From positions 62,001-110,685 of the forward strand of contig MFPR01000002.1 of NCBI GenBank assembly GCA_001784175.1: a stretch of DNA of 48,685 bases. Reading direction: 5' to 3'. This document shows, piece by piece, positions 38,001-47,000 of this stretch. The first letter of the stretch is position 1. Every line of letters starts with the position of its first letter. The notes beneath the pieces are model-generated. The model was not told the DNA's origin. It was given only the letters and a program-made list of their open reading frames with translations, and made no database searches. The DNA comes from Candidatus Lindowbacteria bacterium RIFCSPLOWO2_12_FULL_62_27 (GTDB lineage: Bacteria; Lindowbacteria; 2-12-FULL-62-27). The position numbers and the translations under genes were made by a program.

Positions 38001-41000
38001 CGTTCGCGCCCACCGGATCGACCAGCCGGGCGCCGCTGGTGGTCGTGTTGATGTCGACCCCCGCGTTGTTCTGGCCTGCCACGGGCGCGGCCGGGTCCGT
38101 GAACGTCACCTTCACGCGGTCGACGCTCGTCCGGACGGTCGTATCGAAACTCGTCAGGGTCTTGGAGGCCGTGCCCGTGTCGAACACCACGATCTTGCTC
38201 GTGCTCGCAAACGCCGGCGCCGTCTGGTCCAGCGTGAACGTGAAGGACGCCGAGGTGTCGCGGTTGCCGGCGTCGTCGATCGCGACCGCCGCCACGACAT
38301 AGTTGCCGTCCCCGCCGGCCACCAGGGTCGAGTTGGCGATGCGGGCAATCCACGTGTCGAAGGAACCGCCCGCGTTCGTGTCCGGGTTGTTGATCCCGCC
38401 GAAGTCCGCCGACTTGACGGTCACCGTCGAGTTGTTCGGCAGCGTCACGAGAAGCTCCACGCGGTTCAGGCCGCCGGTCGCGCCCGCCGGGGTGCTCCGG
38501 CCCGAAATCAAAATGTCCTCGGTCGCGTCCTGCGTGCTCTTGCCGTTGAAGGGACTGACCTGCCCGCTCGCCTCCTCCTTCGCGGTCGTGACGCTCGGTT
38601 TCGGCGCGACGTTGTCGAGCCGGTAAAAGACGAATTGATCTTCGGCGCGCACTTCGAGTTGGAGCGTGTTGGCGTCGCTGTCGCCCGGCGCGACGCCGAT
38701 CGTGTCCAGCCGCGTGAAGTCCACAGCGCCGGTCACGCGCCGGCCGATGGTCGTGCCCGTGTCGATGACGATCGTGTCCTCAAGGCCCCCGCCGCGAACG
38801 ATGACCGTCGTCCGCGTGTCCACGTTCGAGCCTCGCACGATCAGCACGACCTTGCTCGGACGCGGCAGCGCCGTGTCGCCGCCCGCTTCCGTGCCGATCG
38901 TCACGCCGGTGGTGTCCACGCCTTTCAGGCTGACCTGCTTGCCGCTCCGGACGCTCGTGTTGCCGACGGTGTCGGCGGCCGTCGCGTAGAGGACGTTGTC
39001 GCCCTGCGAGATCGTCACGGTCGCGCTCCAGGCGCCGGTCGTGGTGTTCGCGGTGACGGTGCCGACGTCCGCGCCGTTCAGGTTGACGGTCACCAGCGAC
39101 CCGGCCTCGGCCTGGCCGCTCACGGTCTGCGCCGAGGCGGACACGGCGAGGTTGTCCGGCGAGAAAATCTGCGGCGGGTCCGGCCGCTGGTTGTCGATGT
39201 TGATGTTGCCGGCGGCGGTCAGGACCTGTCCGTTGCCGCCGTCGATGGCGGTGATCTTCCAGTAATATGTTTTCGTCGTCCTCGGACTGAGAATCCCGCC
39301 GGTGTCGATCTTGCCGCGGAAAATGAACGTCTTGACGGCCGGGAACACGTTGATGGTCAGGCTGTCGTTGAAAACCGCGGTCGTGTCGGTGGGGTTCGCG
39401 AACACCTGGAACCGCACGGTCGCGCTGTCCTTCGCGCCGTCCGCGGTGAACCGGACGGTCGTGAAGTCGTTCTGGGCGTCGGCGTTTTCGGGGCTGATGG
39501 TCGTCGGGCTGATCGATACGCCGGTCAGCGAGAATGGCGTCACGTCGATCTCCACCTCGCTCGCCACCTGCGCCGCCAGGCCGTGCCCGTCCACCGCCGT
39601 TACGACGATGCGGTACAGGCCGTCCGGCGGCGTCGTCGCGCCGGTTCCGGTCCATGTGACGAGCGAGTCCGTGACGTCACCCGACACGCTGAACACGGTG
39701 GCCGCAAGCGCGCCGGTCGTCTTCGCGTAGACCTCCACCCGGCTCGTCACCGCGCCCACCGTCGTGTACCGGAGGGTTGTGACGTCGTCCTGGCCGGGCG
39801 TGACGCCGGGGCTGAACGGATTGGGAATGGGCGACTGCGTCAGCGTCACGACCGCCGGCACCACGTCCTTCACGCCCTGCACCGTCACGCTCGTCTTGTT
39901 GCCGCTCTTGTCGGTCACGCGGATTTCAAAGGAATACGTGTCGTCCAGCACGAGATTGCCATCCACGTCTTTTCCGTCCCACACGATCGCGTTCTGGCCC
40001 GCGCCCTGCGCCACGCCGTTGGTGGGCGCCGTGTCAATAAACGTGCCGTCGCTGGACTTGATCACCACGAGCGCGGTGTCGACGGCTTCGTTCAATACAT
40101 ATTTAATGGCGGCGCCGGCCGCGCCGAACACGCCCGGATCGACGGCGGCGTCGCTGATGATCGGCGCCGTCACGTCCGTGATGCCGGTGTCGTAGCGGAT
40201 CGTGAGCGTATCGCTCAAAGCGCCCGTGTTGCCGGCCGCATCCACTGCATACGCGACGATCTTCCAGTCGCCCAGCGTGTCGCCGAGGAGCGAGAAATTG
40301 ACGGTACCGAGCCATGAGGCGGCGCCGGACACCTGGCTGTCCTGTTTCAGCTTCGTGATCTGGCCGAAATCGGTGTCCGGAACGTAGACGCGCATGAAGA
40401 CCTTGGCGACGGTGCCGGTCGTGTCGGTGGCGACGCCGCTGATGGCCGTGGGGCTGACGTTGAACTGCGTGTTCTGGGGCGGCGCCACGATCCGCGCGAT
40501 CGGCAGGTCCTTATCGAAGACGAAGGTCGCGGTTTCGGCCATGAAATTTCCCGCGGCATCGACGGCCGTGACGACGATCGTGCAAATGCCGATCTCGCTC
40601 GCCGCGTCCAGAATCGTCCCGCCCGTCAGGTACCGGCCCATCGTGTCGGGAATCGCCTGCGACACGAAGGCGCCGACCTTCTGGTTGGCGGAGTTGTAGA
40701 AGGTCACGGTCGTGGTGTCGCCGTAGCCGGTGACGTCGGTCGTGTCGCCGTTCGGGCTCGGCGCCGAGTCGACAAGGTCGACGCCGGCGAAGATCACGCT
40801 GTCGTTGTAGGCGCGGGTCGCGACGTAAATCGTCTGGCCCAAGGCGTCGGTCGTCGCCGTGACCGGGACCGTCTCGGTCACGGTCGCGCTGGCGCCGTGG
40901 ACGATCAGAAAGTCCTCCCGGCGCGGCTTGACGGTGTCGTACCGCACAATCTTCGTGTCCTCCGTCACGTTGCCGGCCCGGTCGGTCACGCGGACCCACA

Positions 41001-44000
41001 GGGCGTAGTCTCCGTCCTGGGCGCCGGTGACCGCGCGGCCCAGGCTGAGGTTGCTCGTGTCGATCTGGCCGGCGGCGCCGCTCGTGTTCAGAATGAGGGT
41101 GGTGACGGCCTCGTCGAAGGTCCCGTCTCCGTTTTCGTCATAGATCCATATCAATTGCGGCGACGTGTCGGGACTGACGCCCGAAACGGTGTCGCCGATG
41201 CGCACGACGAGGTTGTCCAGGCGGTTCACATTTTTTCCGGTGTCGGGCGAGATCGTGAAGAACGGCGCCTGCGCGTCGTACTTGAAGGTCCGCTTTTCGC
41301 TCCGCTGGTTGCCGACCTGGTCGAAGGCGGTGACGTTGATTTCAAGCTCGCCGCTCACGGGCGTTGAATCGGTGAGCTGGAAGATCAGGAGGGAATCGCC
41401 GGCCGTGCTGCTCGTGCCGCCGATGCTCTGGCCGGTCGTTTTGTTCGTCACGCTGATCGAACTGCCGCTGAGGTTCACGCCGCCGTTGAATCCGAAGCCG
41501 AGGTCGCCGGCCACTGAACTTGACGAGTCCGTGATCTGGAGGGCGATGGTTTCGATGGTTGAATTTGCGCCGAAGATCTGGCCCTCGTCGATCACCGAAC
41601 CGCCGCCGCGGTTGTTCACGTAGAAGGCGCTTCCCACGATCCGCGGACCCACGCTGTCGATCAGGAAAGAGTCGGTCACGGCGGCGGTGTTGCCCGCGTT
41701 GTCCGCCACGATCACGTACACGCCGTAGACGCCGTCTTTGCGGCCGTCGCCGCTCACGTCGAAGATCAGGTCCATCGCGACTTCGTCGCCCGGCGTCGGG
41801 CCGTTGTTGCTCCGCACGACGCCGACGTTCGCGCCGCGCGGGTCCACCAGCCGGCCGCCGCTGGTGGTGGTGTTGATGTCGATGCCCGCGTTCTTCTGGC
41901 CTGCCGTGGGCGCCGCGGCGTCCGCCAGTTTCACCCGCACCTTGCCGACGCCCGACCGGACGGTCGTGTCAAACGGCGTCAGCGTCTTGGAGGTCGTGCC
42001 GCTGTCCGGATCGACCGTGATGGCCCCGGTCGCGGCGAGGCCCGGCGCGGTCTGGTCCAGCGTAAAGGTGGAGGCCGTCGAGGAATCCTGGTTGCCGGCA
42101 TTGTCGATCGCCACCGCGACGATCTGATAGTCGCCGTCGCCGCCGGCCAGCAGGGTCGAGTTCGGAATCCGGACCACCCACGTGTCGAAGGAGGCGCCCG
42201 CACCCGTGTCCGGATTGTTCAGGCCGGGGAAATCCACCGACTTGATCGTCGACGTCGCCTTGTTTGGCAGCGTCACCACCAGTTCCACCCGGCTCAGGCC
42301 GCCCGTCGTCCCCGCCGGAGTGCTGCGGCCGAGTACCAGCACGTCCTCGGTCGCGTCCAGCGTGCTCTTCGCGTTGAAGGGGCTCACCTGGCCCGACAGC
42401 TCCTCCCGCACGGCGGTGATGGTCGGTTTCGGCGCGACGTTGTCAAGCCGGAAAAATACGAATTGATCCTCGGCGCGGACTTCCAACTCAAGTCCGGCCG
42501 CGTCGCTGTCGCCCGATTTCAGGCCGATCGTGTCCAGCCGGCTGAACTCCACGCTGCCGGTGACCGCACGGCCGATGGGCGTGCCCGTGTCGATCGTGAT
42601 CGTGTCCTCAAGTCCGCCGCCGCGCACAATTACCACCGTGCGCGTATCGACGTTCGAGCCCCGCACGATCAGGACGGCCTTGCTCGACCGCGGAAGTATC
42701 GTGTCGCCGCCGGCGGCCACCGCGATCGCCACGCCGGCCGTGTCGGCGCCTTTCACGCCGACCTGCCCGCCGCTTCGCACGCTCTTGTTGCCGACGGCGT
42801 CCGTCGCCGTGGCGTAGACGATGTTGTCGCCCTGCACGATGCCCACGGTCGCGCTCCAGGCGCCGGTCGTCGCGTTCGACGTGATGGTCGCCACGTCCGA
42901 GCCGTTCACGTTGAGCGTTACGAGCGCGCCGGCCTCGGCCGAACCGCTGATGGTCTGGCCGGTGGCGGACGTCGCGAGGTTGTCGGGCGTGAAAATCTGC
43001 GGGGGATCGGGGCGCTCGTTGTCGAGGTTGACGTTGCCGCTGGCGGTCAGAATCTGGCCATTGCCGCCGTCGATCGCCGTGACTTTCCAGTAGTATGTTT
43101 TGGTCGCGTTCGGGCTCAAGATGCCGCCGGTGTCGATCTTGCCCCGGAAGATGAACGATTTCGACGCCGGAAAGACGTTGACGGTCACGCTGTCATTGAA
43201 GACCGCGGTCGTGTCGGTCGGGTTCGCAAAGACTTGGAATCGTATCGTCGCGCTGTCCTTCGCGCCGTCCGACGTGAACCGGATGGTCGCGAAATCGTCC
43301 TGGGCGTCGCCGTTTTCGGGGCTGATGGTCGCCGGCGTGATCGATACGCCCGTCAACGAGAACGGCGTGATGTCGATCTCCACTTCGCTCGAGGCTTCCG
43401 ACGTCAGGCCGTGGCCGTCCACGGCGGTCACGACGATCCGGTAGAGACCGTCCGGCGGGGTCGGCGCGCCGGAACCGGTCCACGTCACCACCGAGTCGGT
43501 CACGTCGCCCGCCACGTTGACCAGCGTCGCGATCAGCGCGCCCGTCGTCTTTGCGTAGACCTCCACCCGGCTGCTCACGGCGCTCACGGTCGTGTAGCGG
43601 AGGGTCGTCACGTCGTCCTGGCCCGGGGTGGCGGGCGAGGGACTGAACGGATTCGGAATGGGCGATTGCGTCAGCGTCACCACCGGCGGCACCACGTCCT
43701 TGACGCCCTTCACGGTCACGCTGGTCTTGTTGCCGCTCCGGTCGGTCACCCGGATCTCGAACGAGTAGGTGTCGTCCAGCACCAGATTGCCGTTCACATC
43801 TTTTCCGTCCCACACGATCACGTTCTGGCCCGCGCCCTGCGTTACGCCGTTGGTGGGCGCCGTGTCGATGAACGCGCCGTCGCTGGCCTTGACCACCACG
43901 AGGGCGGTGTCGACGGTTTCGTTCAATACATATTTAATGGCGGCGCCGCTTGCGCCGAACACGCCGGGATCGACCACGGCGTCGCTGATCTGCGGCGCCG

Positions 44001-47000
44001 TCACGTCGGTGATGCCGGTGTCGTACCGGATCGTCAGCGTGTCGCTGAGCGCGCCGGTGTTGCCGGCGGCGTCGATGGCGTACGCGACGATCTTCCAGTC
44101 GCCCAGCGTGTCGCCGAGGAGCGTGAAATTGACGGTGCCGAGCCAGGAGGCCGCGCCGGAGGCCTGGCTGTCCTGCTTCAGTTTCGTGATCTGGCCGAAG
44201 TCGGTGTCCGGAACGTAGACCCGCACGAAGACTTTGGCCACGCTCCCGGTCGTGTCGCTCGCGATGCCGGTGACGGCGATGGGACCGATGTTGAACTGCG
44301 TGTTCTCGGCCGGCGTCACGATCCGGGCCTGCGGCAGGTCCTTGTCGAACACAAACGTCGCGGTTTCGCTCATGTAGTTGCCCGCGGCGTCGGCCGCCGT
44401 CACCACGATCGTGCAGACGCCGACCTCCGACGCAAGGTCGAGGATGTTGCCGCCGCTCAGTTGCCGGCCCATCGTGTCGGCGCCGGCCTCAAAGACGAAT
44501 GAGCCGACTTTCTGGTTGGCCGCGTTGTAGAAGGTGAGGGTCGTGGTGTCGTTGTAACCGGCGACGTCCGTGACCCGGCCGTTCGGGCTGGCTGCGGTAT
44601 CGACGAGATCGATGCCGGCGAACACCACGCTGTCATTGTAAGCCCGCGTCGCCACGTGGACGGTCTGGAGGCCGGAACCGGTCTTCGCCACCGGGATCGT
44701 TTCGGTCACGCTCGCGCTCGCGCCGTGTACCAGCACGAAATCCTGCAGGGTGGGTTTCACCGTGTCATAGCGGAGAATCCGCGTGTCCTCGAGGATGTTG
44801 CCGGCCCGGTCGGTCACTCGCACCCACAGGGCGTAATCGCCGTCCTGCGTGCCGCCGGTCGCGCGGCCCAAGCTGAGCGAGCTCACGTCGATCTGTGCGG
44901 CGACGCCGCTCGCGTTGAGGGACAGGGTCGTCGCCGGCTCGGTGAAGGCGCTGTCGCCGTTTTCGTCCCAGATCCATTTCAGTTCCGGCGGCGTGTCGGA
45001 GCTGACACCCGTGACCGTGTCGCCCACCCGGACCGTAATGCTGTCCAGGCGGTTCATCTTCGCGCCGGTATCCGGGGAGATCGTGAAGAACGGCAGTTGC
45101 GCGTCATATTTGAACGTCCGCTTCTCCGTGCGCTGGTTCCCCGACTGGTCAAAAGCCGTCACCTGCACCTCGAGGTCGCCGCTGACCGGTGTCGAGTCCG
45201 TCAGCCAGAAAATCACCAGCGAGTCGCCGGCGGTGCTTACCACGCCCGACACGCTCTGGCCCGTGGTCCTGTTCGTCGCGCTGATGGAACTGCCGGCGAG
45301 GTTGACCCCGCCGTTGAATTTGAAGCCGAGGTCGGTCGTGACCTGGCTCGATGAGTCGGTGAGCTGGATGACGATCGAATCGATGACTTGTGTCGCGCCG
45401 AAGATCTGGCCCTCCGAGAGGGTCGAGCCGCTGCCGCGCTCGTTCAGATAAAAATTGCTCCCGACCACGGCCGGGCCCACGCTGTCGATCACGAAGGAGT
45501 CCCGCAGGGTCGCCGTGTTGCCGGCGTTGTCCGACACCACGATCTGCACGCCGTAGACGCCGTCCTTCTTGCCGTCGCCCGCCACGTCGAACACGAGGTC
45601 CAGCGCGACCTGGTCCCCCGGCGTCGGGCCGTTGTTGCTTCGCACGACGCCGACGTTCGCGCCGGCCGGATCGATCAGGCGAGCGCCGCTCGTGGTCGTG
45701 TTGATGTCGAGGCCCGCGTTGCTGTGGCCGGCGACGGGCGCGGCCGGGTCCGTGAACGTCACGCTCACCTTGCCGACCGCCGTCCGAACGGTCGTGTCGA
45801 AACTGGTGAGGCTCTTGAAACCGCTGCTGGTGTCGTGAACGATGATGAAGCCGGTCGTCGCGAACACCGGCGCGGTCTGGTCCAGCGTGAAGGTCGAGGC
45901 GGTCGAGGAGTCCTGGTTGCCGGCGTTGTCGATCGACACCGCCACCACCTGGTAATCGCCGTCGCCGCCGGTCACCAGCGTGGTATTTGCGATGCGGACG
46001 ATCCACGTGTCGAACGCGCCGCCCGAGACGTTCGTGTCCGGATTGTTGACGCCCGGAAAGTCGGTGGACTTCACGGTCACCGTCGTCTTGTTCGGCAGCG
46101 TCACCACCACGTCGACCCGGTTGAGACCGCCGGTCTTGCCCGCCGGGAAACTCCGGCCGGTGACGAGGATGTCCTCGGTCGCATCCTGCGTGCTCTTGCC
46201 GTTGAAGGGACTCACCTGGCCCGACAGCTCCTCCCGGATCGCCGTGACGCTCGGTTTCGGTGCGACGTTGTCCAGCCGGAAAAAGACGAATTGATCCTCC
46301 GCGCGCACCTCGAGCTCCAACCCGGTCGCGTCGCTGTCCCCCGATTTCACGCCGATCGTGTCCAGACGGCTGAACTCCACGCTGCCGGTCACCGACTGGC
46401 CGATCAGCGTGCCGGTGTCGATCACGATCGTGTCCTCCAGCGCGCCGCCCCGCACGATCACCGTCGTACGCGTGTCTACGTTCGAACCGCGCACGATCAG
46501 CACGACTTTCGAAACCCGCGGCAGGATCGTGTCGCCGCCGGCCTCCGTGCCGATCGCTACGCCGGTGTCGACGCCGGCCATGCTCACCTTCCGGCCGCTC
46601 CGCACGCTCTTGTTGCCCACGGTGTCGGTCACGGTCCCGTACACGATGTTGTCGCCCTGCGCGACGGTCAGGGTCGTGCTCCACGAGCCGGTTACGGCGT
46701 TGGCGCTGACGGTCGTCACGTCCGAGCCGTTCAGGTTGACGGTCACCTGAGCGCCCGGCTCCGCCAGGCCGCTCACCGTATGGGAGGTGAGGGCGGTGGC
46801 GAGGTTGTCCGGGGTGAAAATCTGCGCGGCCGCCGGCCGCTGGTTGTCGATGTCGACGTTGCCGCTCGCGGTCAGGATCTGGCCGTTCGAGCCGTCGATC
46901 GCGGTGACCTTCCAGTAATATGTCTTCGTCGCGTTCGGGCTTAGAATCCCGCCGGTGTCGGACTTGCCCCGGAATATGAACGTCCGGATGGCCGGGAAGA

